Shown here piece after piece: positions 38,009 to 48,021 of a stretch of DNA of 64,000 bases. The stretch spans positions 1,918 through 65,917 of the forward strand of contig JAAYAM010000050.1 in NCBI GenBank assembly GCA_012719355.1, given 5' to 3'. Below the pieces are notes generated by a model, which saw only the letters and a program-made list of their open reading frames with translations, did not search any database and was not told the origin of the DNA. The position numbers were made by a program, and so were the translations under genes. This DNA comes from Acidobacteriota bacterium (GTDB taxonomy: Bacteria; Acidobacteriota; UBA6911). The first letter of the stretch is position 1. Each line of letters begins with the position of its first letter.

Positions 38009-39832
38009 GTGAATATGGAGACAGAGACATTTCAAAGCAGTGACAGCGGGCGCTCCGCGCGCCCGCTGAAGCATGTCCAGCATGTAACTTTCGACAATCC
38101 GCTTGAACTCGAACTCGGCGGACGGCTGCCTGAAATCACGGTGGCCTTCGAAACCTACGGCAGACTCAACGCGGCAAAAGACAACGCAATCCTGATCTGC
38201 CACGCGCTGAGCGGAGATTCGCATGTGGCGCGCCACGACGACAATGATGACCCGGGGTGGTGGGAAATCATGGTGGGGCCGGGAAAGCCGATCGATACGG
38301 ATCGATATTTTGTCGTCTGCCCGAACGCGCTTGGCGGCTGCCGCGGAACAACCGGGCCGAACAGCAGGAATCCCGAAACAGGAAAGCTCTATGGAGACGA
38401 TTTCCCGACCATCACCACACGGGATATCGTTGAAACCCACAGAAGGTTGATTGATTATCTCGGAATCGACAACCTTCTTGGTGTGATCGGCGGATCCATG
38501 GGAGGACAGCAGGTTCTTACGTGGGCAACTTCCTATCCCGAGCGCGTTGCGGGAGCAGTGGCGCTCGCGACCTCAGCCCGCCTGACCACGCAGGCGCTGG
38601 CATTCGACATCGTAGGCCGGAACGCTATCCGCCGCGATGCGAATTTCGAGGGAGGACGCTACCTGGAAAAGGGGACCGCTCCGGCTGCGGGACTTGCGCT
38701 GGCGCGCATGCTGGGTCACATCACGTATCTGTCGCCGCAGGCCATGAGAGAGAAATTCGGCGCCGACCGCTTTGAACCGCGCGAATTCACAACCCAGTTT
38801 GAAAAGCGTTTCAGCGTCGGCTCCTATCTGGCCTACCAGGGAGACAAGTTCGTTGAGCGGTTCGATGCCAACAGTTATCTCAAGCTGTCGCTCGCAATGG
38901 ACCTGTTTGATCTGGGAGGAACTCCCGAAAAGCTTTCGCAGAATCTCTCAAAGTCGCTCTGCCGCTGGCTGATCATCAGCTTCACCAGCGACTGGCTGTT
39001 CCCGCCGGAGCAGTCTCTCGAGATGACGAATGTGCTGATACCGCTAAGAAAGCCGGTAAGTTACTGCAATATAGTGAGTTCGTGCGGGCATGACGCTTTT
39101 CTGCTGGAAGACGATCTGCCTATATACGGAGAGCTTGTCCGGGCTTTTCTGGACAATGTCCACAACGGCACGCCCAGAGAGGTGGAAGACGACGCTCTCG
39201 ATGTCTATGCGCCCACGAGTATCTTCGGCAGCCACCTGCGCAACCAGCGCATCGACCATGACCAGATTGTCAGACTCATCCAGCCGACTGCGAGCGTTCT
39301 GGACTTGGGTTGCGGCCGGGGATCGCTCCTGGTAAAACTGCGCGCGAACGGCAACAGAGGTCTGATGGGACTTGAACTCAACCAGGAAGACGTCCTTGTC
39401 TGTCTCCAGCGCGGATTGAACGTAGTACAGGCTGACCTGAACTCGGGGCTGGATCCCTTTTCCGACGGGCAGTTCGATTACATAGTCCTCTCCCATACTC
39501 TGCAGGCCGTACGCGACGTCGAACGTTTGATTTCGGAGATGCTCCGGGTCGGCAAACGGTCGATCGTAAGCTTCCCCAATTTTGCTTATTACAAGCTGCG
39601 GAAGATGCTCTATGAGGACGGACGCTCTCCGATGTCCTCCGGCCTGCTGCGACATCAGTGGTACAACACGCCCAACATCCGATTCTTCACGATCGCGGAT
39701 TTCGAGGAGTTCTGCAGAGAACGCGGTATCCGGATCCACGAACGGATCGCGCTCGATACCGAAGAAGGGAAACTGATCGACGAAGAAGCCAACCTGTTCG
39801 CGGACATGGCTATATTTGTCATAAGCAGATAA
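38009..39832 (+). CDS. metX: bifunctional homoserine O-acetyltransferase MetX fused to a MetW-like methyltransferase domain
   Basis: MetX alpha/beta-hydrolase (GGSMGGQQVL nucleophile elbow, about 380 aa) continues in frame into a MetW-like domain (LDLGCGRGSL...FDYIVLSHTLQAV), 607 aa total. Confidence 0.8.
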   Translation: MNMETETFQSSDSGRSARPLKHVQHVTFDNPLELELGGRLPEITVAFETYGRLNAAKDNAILICHALSGDSHVARHDDNDDPGWWEIMVGPGKPIDTDRYFVVCPNALGGCRGTTGPNSRNPETGKLYGDDFPTITTRDIVETHRRLIDYLGIDNLLGVIGGSMGGQQVLTWATSYPERVAGAVALATSARLTTQALAFDIVGRNAIRRDANFEGGRYLEKGTAPAAGLALARMLGHITYLSPQAMREKFGADRFEPREFTTQFEKRFSVGSYLAYQGDKFVERFDANSYLKLSLAMDLFDLGGTPEKLSQNLSKSLCRWLIISFTSDWLFPPEQSLEMTNVLIPLRKPVSYCNIVSSCGHDAFLLEDDLPIYGELVRAFLDNVHNGTPREVEDDALDVYAPTSIFGSHLRNQRIDHDQIVRLIQPTASVLDLGCGRGSLLVKLRANGNRGLMGLELNQEDVLVCLQRGLNVVQADLNSGLDPFSDGQFDYIVLSHTLQAVRDVERLISEMLRVGKRSIVSFPNFAYYKLRKMLYEDGRSPMSSGLLRHQWYNTPNIRFFTIADFEEFCRERGIRIHERIALDTEEGKLIDEEANLFADMAIFVISR

Positions 39833-39912
39833 CCTGGCATCTCCCGGCTCGCCAACCTGCCGCATACGAATCCAATTTCAAGGGAAGAGTGTCAGAATTT
39901 TAACGCACTAGT

Positions 39913-39941
39913 TTGAATTTCTGTGCGCGGCGTCACATAAT
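39913..39941 (+). promoter_or_regulatory. sigma70-like promoter candidate (TTGAAT-17-CATAAT) upstream of the PBP gene
   Basis: -35 TTGAAT, a 17-nt spacer and -10 CATAAT, about 110 bp upstream of the ATG at 40050. Confidence 0.35.
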
Positions 39942-40049
39942 GTAGCTATGAAAATTAGAGTTCTCCTCTTCCATGACTGATCGACCTCTCCAGAAGCGAA
40001 TTGGGCTGATCAGGAGTATTGGTTCACCCTCGACAAAGCGGTAACTACG

Positions 40050-43000
40050 ATGATTCACATAAAGATACGTCCGCGTTGTGAAAGCTTGCCAGGACTGGGC
40101 TCTCAGGACACCGGAGAGACCACGCGGTCTTTCCAGTTGAGGGAGCACCTTTGTTCCAGATGGTTTGTCTTGATCGTCGTCTCAGGGATAGCGCTCCTGG
40201 CGTTTCTTTATGAAGCCAGGACTTCAGCGCTGCAATCCTGGATCCTGTCGAGCTATGCACAGAAGATGTCGTACAGAGTCGAGCCCGGACCCAGCCCCAG
40301 GATTCTGTTTCCAAGGCATGGCCCCTTTGATGTTCGTGCGGGATACACGCGCATACCGGAATTCGAAAAACGTTTGCGCAAAGCGGGTTATGAGGTCACC
40401 GAGCAGGTACGCTTTTCGCCGGAACTCCAGCGCGTCGCGAGATGGGGTATATTCCCCTACTCGGAACCGGTCTTTTCGAAACTGACCATCACCGGGATGG
40501 ATGGTCACCCCCTCTTTGAGGCGCCGGTGGGAGGCCATTTCTTCCGCGCCTTCGAAGAGGTTCCGGAACCGGTCGTAAAGGCGCTGCTCGTCATCGAGAA
40601 TCGTGAACTTGAAGATCCTGCAGATTCAAGAACCAATCCCGTGGTTGACTGGGACAGGTTGTTCAAAGCTGCTCTCCTGTACACGGGCAACAAACTGGGG
40701 CTTCCGCTGTCGGTCGAGGGTGGAAGCACACTTGCGACCCAGATGGAGAAGTACCGTCATTCGTATGAAGGGCGCACCAATTCTCTGCTCGCCAAGCTCC
40801 GCCAGATGACCGATGCCAGTCTGAAGGTCTACAGAAAGGGCCCCGACACGCGCGAGACCCGCAGGGAGATCATTCTCGACTACCTCAATTCGATCCCGCT
40901 GGCTGCGGCTCCCGGATACGGCGAGATTCACGGCATTGGAAACGGACTGAAAGCATGGTTCGGTCTCGAACTGAAAGAAGTGCAGGCGGCTCTCTCGCTC
41001 CCCGATGACCATCCCGACAAGGCGCGTGCATTCAAGCACGTACTGGCGCTGCTCTGCTCCGTCAGGGCCCCAAGCCAGTATCTGGTAAACGACCGTGAAG
41101 CGCTTCAGAGGAGAACAAATTTCTATACGCGTCTCATGGCCAACCTTCAGGTCATCTCGCCCCGTTTTGCACAGGCAGTCGAGTCGGAGCAGATGGCATT
41201 TGCCTCCCGGCGACCGAAGAACACGCTCCCTTCCTTTTCCGAGCGCAAGGCGACAAACGAGCTCAGGTCGCGGCTCATGACACTTCTCGGCGTGTCCGGA
41301 CTGTATGAGCTCGATCGCATTCACCTGGATGTCAAGAGCACGATCAATCCCGATCTGCAGCAGACGGTAGTCAACCTCTTTCAAAAGCTTCATGATCCGC
41401 AATTCATCGATGCGGCGGGACTGCGCGGCGAACGGCTGCTTGCATCCGGAGACCCGTCCAAAGTTGTTTACGGCATGATCCTGTTTGAGAAGACACCGCA
41501 GGGGAATCTGCTCCGGGTCGTGACCGATACCTTGAACGCGCCGTTCGATATAAACACCGGAATGAAAATGCAGCTCGGGAGTACGGCCAAGCTGCGTACT
41601 CTGGCGAATTACCTGAGCATCGTGGCGTCCCTGTACGACGAGCTCTCGCCTCTTGATGCAGAATCATTGAAAGAGCGCGCCGGATCGGCCCGGGATCCCA
41701 TAACGCGCTGGGCGGCTGAGACTCTGGTTTCCACCCCCCGCCCGGACCTGGATGCGCTGCTGCAGCTGGCACTTGACCGCAAGTACTCGGCCAGTCCGGG
41801 AGAGGCTTTCTTCACAGGGGGCGGCCTCCATACTTTCGGTAATTTCAACAAGAACGATAACGGACGCATCGTCACGGTGCGCCAGGCCACGGAACATTCG
41901 ATCAACCTTCCCTACATCCGTCTGATGCGCGACCTGGTGCGTTATTACGAAGCCCGGCTCCCTTATGACACCACGGCCGTGCTCTCGGACATAAATCATC
42001 CAGTGAGACTGAAGATGCTGCACGAAATTGCCGACGAAGAGTCGAAAATATTCCTGTCCCGGGCATACAGGAGCTTCAAGGATCGTTCTCAGAAAGAAAT
42101 CATAGCCGAGTTGCTGGGAAACAAGGCTGCGTCAGACCGTCATCTTGCAATCCTTTTCTACGCCTGGCATCGCGGCGCCGATGAATCCGGACTGCACTCG
42201 TGGCTGCAGGATCATCTTGGAGACGTCACACCGGCACAGGTAGCCAGGCTCGCAAAGGCCTACGGCAACCCGCGGCTGAATCTGGCCGATTACGGTTACC
42301 TGCTCGGGATACACCCGCTGAACGTCTGGTGTGCGGCGGAAATGGCAAAGGACCCTTCGATTGAATGGAGCCGGCTCTGGGAAGCCAGCATCGAAGCACG
42401 CCAGGTGTCTTCCTCGTGGCTGTTCAAGACGCGCAACAGGAAGGCCCAGGATCTGCGGCTCAGGATACGGATCGAACAGGACGCATTCCTGCGGATGACC
42501 CCGCATTGGAAACGGCTCGGCTTTCCTTTCGACAGGCTTGTGCCGTCACTGGCTACCGCGATCGGAAGTTCCGGCGACCGGCCTGAATCACTGGCACAGC
42601 TGGTCGGCATCTTCCTGAATGACGGAATGCTCAGACCTGTGATCAGAATGGCCGAATTACGCTTTGCCGCCGGCACTCCTTACGAAACGGCCATGGCTCC
42701 GGCAGACACTCCGGGGAAACGGGTGATGCCGCAGGCAGTGGCCCGCGCAATACTTCCCGTTCTGGCCAAAGTCGTCGAGGGCGGAACGGCCATAAGGCTG
42801 GCGGGAGCATACAAGGTGGGCGACAAGAAACTGGTCGTCGGCGGCAAGACCGGATCGGGCGACAACCGTTTCAATGCAGTAGGGCGCGGAGGAGGAGTAA
42901 TCGCCTCACGTGCAGTCGACAGAACTGCGGCATTCGTTTTCTATATCGGAGACCGCTACTTCGGAGTCATCACCGTCTTTGTTCCCGGTGCGGAATCCGA

Positions 43001-43187
43001 GGGATACGGCTTCACCAGCTCGCTCCCGGTGGCTATCCTTAAGCTTCTGGCGCCGGAAATCGAGAAGCTCTGGGAGGAGCCCGATAAGAAGGATTCCAGG
43101 GGAAACATGATGCTCGTCTCCAGTTCACCCTTGGGGGCGGCCGCAAAACCTGCTCCGGCCAAGCCCATCAAAGCCACCGCCCGCTAG
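40050..43187 (+). CDS. class A penicillin-binding protein-like (GT51 transglycosylase + transpeptidase) with long inserted/linker regions
   Basis: N-terminal TM (WFVLIVVSGIALLAF). GT51-like motifs (EDPADSRTNPVVDWDRL...GGSTLATQMEK). Transpeptidase motifs S-x-x-K (GSTAKL), S-x-N (HSINLPY) and K-T-G (GGKTGSGD). 1045 aa. Confidence 0.6.
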   Translation: MIHIKIRPRCESLPGLGSQDTGETTRSFQLREHLCSRWFVLIVVSGIALLAFLYEARTSALQSWILSSYAQKMSYRVEPGPSPRILFPRHGPFDVRAGYTRIPEFEKRLRKAGYEVTEQVRFSPELQRVARWGIFPYSEPVFSKLTITGMDGHPLFEAPVGGHFFRAFEEVPEPVVKALLVIENRELEDPADSRTNPVVDWDRLFKAALLYTGNKLGLPLSVEGGSTLATQMEKYRHSYEGRTNSLLAKLRQMTDASLKVYRKGPDTRETRREIILDYLNSIPLAAAPGYGEIHGIGNGLKAWFGLELKEVQAALSLPDDHPDKARAFKHVLALLCSVRAPSQYLVNDREALQRRTNFYTRLMANLQVISPRFAQAVESEQMAFASRRPKNTLPSFSERKATNELRSRLMTLLGVSGLYELDRIHLDVKSTINPDLQQTVVNLFQKLHDPQFIDAAGLRGERLLASGDPSKVVYGMILFEKTPQGNLLRVVTDTLNAPFDINTGMKMQLGSTAKLRTLANYLSIVASLYDELSPLDAESLKERAGSARDPITRWAAETLVSTPRPDLDALLQLALDRKYSASPGEAFFTGGGLHTFGNFNKNDNGRIVTVRQATEHSINLPYIRLMRDLVRYYEARLPYDTTAVLSDINHPVRLKMLHEIADEESKIFLSRAYRSFKDRSQKEIIAELLGNKAASDRHLAILFYAWHRGADESGLHSWLQDHLGDVTPAQVARLAKAYGNPRLNLADYGYLLGIHPLNVWCAAEMAKDPSIEWSRLWEASIEARQVSSSWLFKTRNRKAQDLRLRIRIEQDAFLRMTPHWKRLGFPFDRLVPSLATAIGSSGDRPESLAQLVGIFLNDGMLRPVIRMAELRFAAGTPYETAMAPADTPGKRVMPQAVARAILPVLAKVVEGGTAIRLAGAYKVGDKKLVVGGKTGSGDNRFNAVGRGGGVIASRAVDRTAAFVFYIGDRYFGVITVFVPGAESEGYGFTSSLPVAILKLLAPEIEKLWEEPDKKDSRGNMMLVSSSPLGAAAKPAPAKPIKATAR

Positions 43188-43204
43188 CTGCATCCGCGGG
43201 ACAA

Positions 43205-44746
43205 GTGCGCTACTCTTTGATAATGAGTAAGTCGAATCCTCTGAGGCGTGGCCACCGAATGAGCCGCAGCCCCGAACCATCCATGATGGTAATTTTCGGC
43301 GGTTCCGGAGACCTCACGCGCCGCAAACTCATCCCTTCCCTCTTTCGTCTTTCCCGCAGCCGCATGATCCCCGCCGGGTTCACAATAATCGCCGTATCCC
43401 GCTCGCGCATGACCGACGACAGCTATCGTGAGATGCTCCGTTCCTGGGCCGATAAAGATGGGCAGAACGAGACATGGAACAACTTCGCGCAGGGGATCTT
43501 CTACATGTCCGCTGACTATCGCGATCCGGCGACCTATGAAAGGCTGAAGGAGCTCATGTCGAAGAAGGAGGCCGAGAGGCGGACGGGTGCGAACCGGCTC
43601 TACTATCTGGCCACTCCGCCGGCGGACTATCCTGATATAGTCAGGCACCTGGGGGAGAACGGCCTGAGCCGGGAGGATTCCGGCGGAGCGGGCTGGATCC
43701 GCATAATCATCGAAAAACCGTTCGGTTACGACCTCGCGTCCGCACGCGAACTGAATCATGAGGTGAGCTTTCGGTTCGAAGAACGGCAGGTCTACAGAAT
43801 CGATCATTATCTTGGGAAGGAGACAGTACAGAACATCCTTGTCTTCCGGTTCGCAAACGGCATATTCGAGCCGATCTGGAACCGGCAGTTCATCGACAGT
43901 ATTCAGATCACCGCGTCGGAGAACATCGGCGTCGAAGGTCGTGGCACATACTACGAACAGGCCGGAGCCCTCAGAGACATGGTGCAGAATCACATAATGC
44001 AGCTCATCGCACTTGTGGCGATGGAGCCCCCGCCGGACTTTCATCCCGATTCAGTCAGAGACGAAAAATCAAAAGTCCTTCGCTCGATTCGCCGGATCGC
44101 CCCGGAAGAAGTCTCGAGCCTGGCGGTAAGAGGTCAATACGGGCGTGGCTTCACGAGGGGAAAAGAAGTCGTCGGCTACCTCGAGGAACCAGGCGTTGCA
44201 CCGGAATCGAGGGTCGAAACATTCGCCGCCATCAGGTTCAACATAGACAACTGGCGTTGGGCCGATGTTCCTTTCTACATACGGACCGGGAAGAACATGG
44301 CCAAGGGTGTCACTGAGATTGCGATCATATTCAGGGAGACTCCGCATCTCATATTCCGTCAGGAGCCCGGGGCGGGAATTCGGTCGAACGTCCTGGCGTT
44401 TCGGATACAACCCGACGAAGGGATCACTCTCAGGATCGCTGCAAAGTTGCCGGGACAGACAACAGAGATGCGCCCGGTGAACATGGATTTCAGATATGGA
44501 AGTACTTTCGGCCCGCACCTTGCGGGCGCGTATGAACGTCTGCTGCTTGACTGCATGCTTGGAGATCCGACACTGTTTAACAGGATTGATTCCGTGGAAG
44601 CTTCATGGTCGCTCATCCAGCCAATTCTCGACACATGGAAAGCCGATCAATCGACTCCCATTCCTCAGTATGAATCGGGATCGTGGGGGCCCACGGAATC
44701 CGACCAGCTTCTCGCGCGCGACGGGCGCGCATGGCGGCTGCTATGA
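43205..44746 (+). CDS. zwf: glucose-6-phosphate 1-dehydrogenase
   Basis: NADP site (VIFGGSGDLTRRKL) and the RIDHYLGKE active-site motif. The true start may be one of the internal ATGs (43223 or 43259). Confidence 0.85.
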   Translation: MRYSLIMSKSNPLRRGHRMSRSPEPSMMVIFGGSGDLTRRKLIPSLFRLSRSRMIPAGFTIIAVSRSRMTDDSYREMLRSWADKDGQNETWNNFAQGIFYMSADYRDPATYERLKELMSKKEAERRTGANRLYYLATPPADYPDIVRHLGENGLSREDSGGAGWIRIIIEKPFGYDLASARELNHEVSFRFEERQVYRIDHYLGKETVQNILVFRFANGIFEPIWNRQFIDSIQITASENIGVEGRGTYYEQAGALRDMVQNHIMQLIALVAMEPPPDFHPDSVRDEKSKVLRSIRRIAPEEVSSLAVRGQYGRGFTRGKEVVGYLEEPGVAPESRVETFAAIRFNIDNWRWADVPFYIRTGKNMAKGVTEIAIIFRETPHLIFRQEPGAGIRSNVLAFRIQPDEGITLRIAAKLPGQTTEMRPVNMDFRYGSTFGPHLAGAYERLLLDCMLGDPTLFNRIDSVEASWSLIQPILDTWKADQSTPIPQYESGSWGPTESDQLLARDGRAWRLL

Positions 44747-45879
44747 ACGGAACATACGCCGATCTGCTTGAAGTCGACGTTGCGGCAATCGAGCAGGAAC
44801 TCAGGGCGTTCTGGAAGTCCACCGGAGAATCCGGGCAAGAGGCGGTGATGCGGGCGTGCTCCTGCAATCTGGTTGCAGTCGTCAGCAACCGGAAGGAGGC
44901 CGCCGAGTTTCCACCGATCGTCGCCAGAGTGGCGGAATCACACCCGAGCCGCTCCATCATCGCGTATGTCGAACCGGAAGAAGCGACGCATTCCAGCGCC
45001 ATCAGGGCATGGATCAGCGCCCAGTGTTCTCCAGCTGTGTCGGTCACTCCACAGGTCTGCTGCGAATCGATCACTCTCGCGGCACAACCGGGCGCCGCGA
45101 AGGACCTGCCCAACACCATTGTTTCGCTCCTGGTCCCGGATCTCCCCGTCTTTCTCTACTGGCGCTCCTTTACGGCAGCCGGTCGCATCCTGGTGGAACG
45201 GATCGCGCGCTTTTCAGACACCCTGATCGTCGATTCCCATCGTTCGCGCCAGGACCCTCAAAACAGGCTCAATCTGCTTCAGTTGCTGATCGCTCAGCCT
45301 GAAAAGACGACGGTAAGAGATTTGAACTGGTCCAGGATTACAGCTTGGCGGGATCTCATAGCTCAGTTCTTTGATCCGCCGGATGCGCGGAAGCATCTGG
45401 ACCTCATATCGACCATCGAGATTACGAGACAGCTCTCCGCGCCAGGAAGCATTCCTACCCGCACACTGCTCCTGACAGGATGGCTTGCTTCGAGCCTCGG
45501 GTGGCGTCGCACATCTGCCAGGCGCCGAGGCGATCAATGGTTTTCGAGCTGGAGCACAGCAGGAGGCGAAGTAAAGGTTACGTTTACCGGCACCGAGGCG
45601 AGGCCCGGAGAGACTCCGGGAATAAGCAGAATAGCGATCCGCACACGTGGAGGCGAAGCGAAGTTTGTCGTCAGTGCCGAACCTGATTCATTCCGCCTGA
45701 ATGCCACTACGGCCATCGAGGATTGCCGCATAAGCCACTCGGTCGCGCAGGACCCGCTCGATGAAGCATCGCTCCTGATACGTGAGTTGTCGCATTCGGG
45801 CAGGGACGTTGTGTTTGTGCCGGCGCTCAGAGAAGCGCTCGAACTGGAGAAATCATTTCGCGAGGACACCCAAGGATAG
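44743..45879 (+). CDS. opcA: OpcA-like glucose-6-phosphate dehydrogenase assembly protein
   Basis: Sits between zwf and pgl with an ATGA overlap to zwf. The size (378 aa) and position are typical of opcA. The sequence-level assignment is context-based. Confidence 0.5.
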   Translation: MNGTYADLLEVDVAAIEQELRAFWKSTGESGQEAVMRACSCNLVAVVSNRKEAAEFPPIVARVAESHPSRSIIAYVEPEEATHSSAIRAWISAQCSPAVSVTPQVCCESITLAAQPGAAKDLPNTIVSLLVPDLPVFLYWRSFTAAGRILVERIARFSDTLIVDSHRSRQDPQNRLNLLQLLIAQPEKTTVRDLNWSRITAWRDLIAQFFDPPDARKHLDLISTIEITRQLSAPGSIPTRTLLLTGWLASSLGWRRTSARRRGDQWFSSWSTAGGEVKVTFTGTEARPGETPGISRIAIRTRGGEAKFVVSAEPDSFRLNATTAIEDCRISHSVAQDPLDEASLLIRELSHSGRDVVFVPALREALELEKSFREDTQG

Positions 45880-45885
45880 ACGTTC

Positions 45886-46608
45886 ATGCATCCCGATCTA
45901 CAGGTTTATCCCGATATCGAGGCGCTGAGGAAAGCGGCGGCGGAGAGGATAGTCACGATCCTTGACGAAGCGCACGCAGGGCAGGAGACGGCCGCATTCG
46001 TGCTCACCGGAGGCGATACACCGAAACCCGTCTACGAAACCCTGGCTTCCCTTCCTTACCGGGAGCGGGTCGCATGGGACCGCATCCATTTTTTCTGGGG
46101 GGACGAGAGATGCGTCTCCCCAGACCATCCCGACAGCAATTTCGGCATGGCATGGGAGAGTATGCTGTCAAAGCTGCCTATTCCCCCGGGCCATATCCAC
46201 CGGATGCGCGGGGAAATGCCGGATCCGGAAGAAGCCGCCGCCCTTTATGATCAGGAAATAAGGAATGTCTTCGGGTCGGCGGCACTCCCTTCCTTCGATC
46301 TCGTTCTTCACGGCATGGGCGATGACGGACATACGGCTTCTCTGTTCCCCGGCGCGACGTGGGACGAAGAGAGGCTCACAATTGCCACGAGCACTCCCGC
46401 AAACGCCCGGCGCATCTCAATGACTCCACGCATCCTGAATGCGGCGAAAAACGGCATTTTCCTGGTGGCCGGCTCGCGAAAAGCCGCCGCGCTTTCGCAG
46501 GTCATCGACGATCCCGGGGGCGATCTTCCCGCATCACGAATCCGCCCCACACGGGGAACGCTCGTCTGGATGGTCGACGCTCCGGCCGCACGCCTGCTGC
46601 GAAGATAA
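45886..46608 (+). CDS. pgl: 6-phosphogluconolactonase
   Basis: Pgl/NagB-fold motifs (FVLTGGDTPKPVYE...HFFWGDERCV...DLVLHGMGDDGHTASLFP). Confidence 0.8.
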   Translation: MHPDLQVYPDIEALRKAAAERIVTILDEAHAGQETAAFVLTGGDTPKPVYETLASLPYRERVAWDRIHFFWGDERCVSPDHPDSNFGMAWESMLSKLPIPPGHIHRMRGEMPDPEEAAALYDQEIRNVFGSAALPSFDLVLHGMGDDGHTASLFPGATWDEERLTIATSTPANARRISMTPRILNAAKNGIFLVAGSRKAAALSQVIDDPGGDLPASRIRPTRGTLVWMVDAPAARLLRR

Positions 46609-46620
46609 CGAGCACACAGT

Positions 46621-48021
46621 CTAGCGCACGTCGTAACGGAGAAACGAGACACAGGCGCCTGCGAAAAACACGATGATCATCCCGATCATCAGGCTGAAAT
46701 CGGGCAAGGCTTTGTACAGGGAACTGCTCAGGTTTTCCGGTTCCAGATGATGGAGCGGCATATCGTCGATCCTGACCTGTTCGCCGCCGGTAAGGACACT
46801 GATCGTCGTCCCCATTTTCGAATTGATCCATTTCGTGTAAATCGGTTTGTATGTTCTGACGGACGACAGGAAGCGGTCGTACTCATCGACCCCCGTCCGC
46901 GCCAGAGTCATTGAGCCGAAAGTCAGGGCGGAAGCCGGAGAAATCCTGGAGAGATTGACGGCCAGATTCTGCTGCTCCTTCTTCTTCAGCTGGTAGTCCT
47001 TCTCAAGAGCGGCATTGTTGGCGTCGATTCTCGTGGTAGCCTCATCCTGGATTTCCTTGACATACTTCATGATCATCTCCTGTGCCGCTTTCTGGTCTCT
47101 CGGGAAATTGCGAGCGTTCTTTTGAATCCATTCGGGCAACCCTTTGTTCACTTCCGCCGAGACCTGACGCAGAAAGGCGTCCTTCTTCGAAGTGATCTCA
47201 TGAATCGACGGCACCGGCTTGATCCGGCTTGCAATGATCACTGCAACTTTCGGAACGACCATCACGAAGACGACCCATATGAACAGGAGCACCAGGAAAC
47301 TGGTGGAGGAACGCGCGGTCCGGGTCGAGACAAACAATCCCAGGCTGAAGAACACGGAAAGATAAAGAAAAAACATGCAGAAGATGAAGAAGAGCCGGCT
47401 CCACTCGGCGCGGCCGAGAGACAGGTCCGGGGCAAGCAGGAGAATGATCAGGCTCAGGAGAACCGGAATCAGGAGTGGAAGCAGCAGACTGATGTACCCT
47501 CCAATTGCCTTTCCCAGGATGAATTTGTCCCGTGGAACGCTGTTGGACAATGCCAGTTTCAGCGTCCCGCGCTCCTTCTCGCCGACGATCGCGTCGTAGG
47601 TGAACAGGATCGCAAACAGGCTGAGCACGATCTTGACGATGAACATGAGATCAAGCGCGCCAAAGACCGCGAACACCGGATTGCTCTCATACTTTGATTC
47701 GATCAGGTTGGGATCACTCGCAATATTGACCGGGGCGACACGTCCAACGGCTTCTTCGATTCCTGTCACAATCGTCCCGAGAACCTGTGGCGGCTTGTTG
47801 ATCTTGATGCCGCTGGCAAGCGACTGGTAGTCACGCCGGCTCTCCATGTTCTTCCGGTTCAGGGCGACGCTCGCGGTGTGCTCCTTCTTCTCGGCTGAAT
47901 AGTTTGCGACTCCGGTATAGACCGAAAGCAGAATGAGAATCGTACAGAGCAGAAAGGTGAAGACAAACTTCGGGCTGGTGATGTTGTCGAGGATTTCCTT
48001 CTTGATTATGTCTCTAATCAT
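46621..48021 (-). CDS. ABC-2 family transporter permease with large extracytoplasmic insert
   Basis: N-terminal TM, then an about 100-aa loop, then a 5-TM block and a C-terminal loop plus TM. It overlaps the ATPase gene by 8 bp. Confidence 0.6.
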   Translation of the reverse strand: MIRDIIKKEILDNITSPKFVFTFLLCTILILLSVYTGVANYSAEKKEHTASVALNRKNMESRRDYQSLASGIKINKPPQVLGTIVTGIEEAVGRVAPVNIASDPNLIESKYESNPVFAVFGALDLMFIVKIVLSLFAILFTYDAIVGEKERGTLKLALSNSVPRDKFILGKAIGGYISLLLPLLIPVLLSLIILLLAPDLSLGRAEWSRLFFIFCMFFLYLSVFFSLGLFVSTRTARSSTSFLVLLFIWVVFVMVVPKVAVIIASRIKPVPSIHEITSKKDAFLRQVSAEVNKGLPEWIQKNARNFPRDQKAAQEMIMKYVKEIQDEATTRIDANNAALEKDYQLKKKEQQNLAVNLSRISPASALTFGSMTLARTGVDEYDRFLSSVRTYKPIYTKWINSKMGTTISVLTGGEQVRIDDMPLHHLEPENLSSSLYKALPDFSLMIGMIIVFFAGACVSFLRYDVR

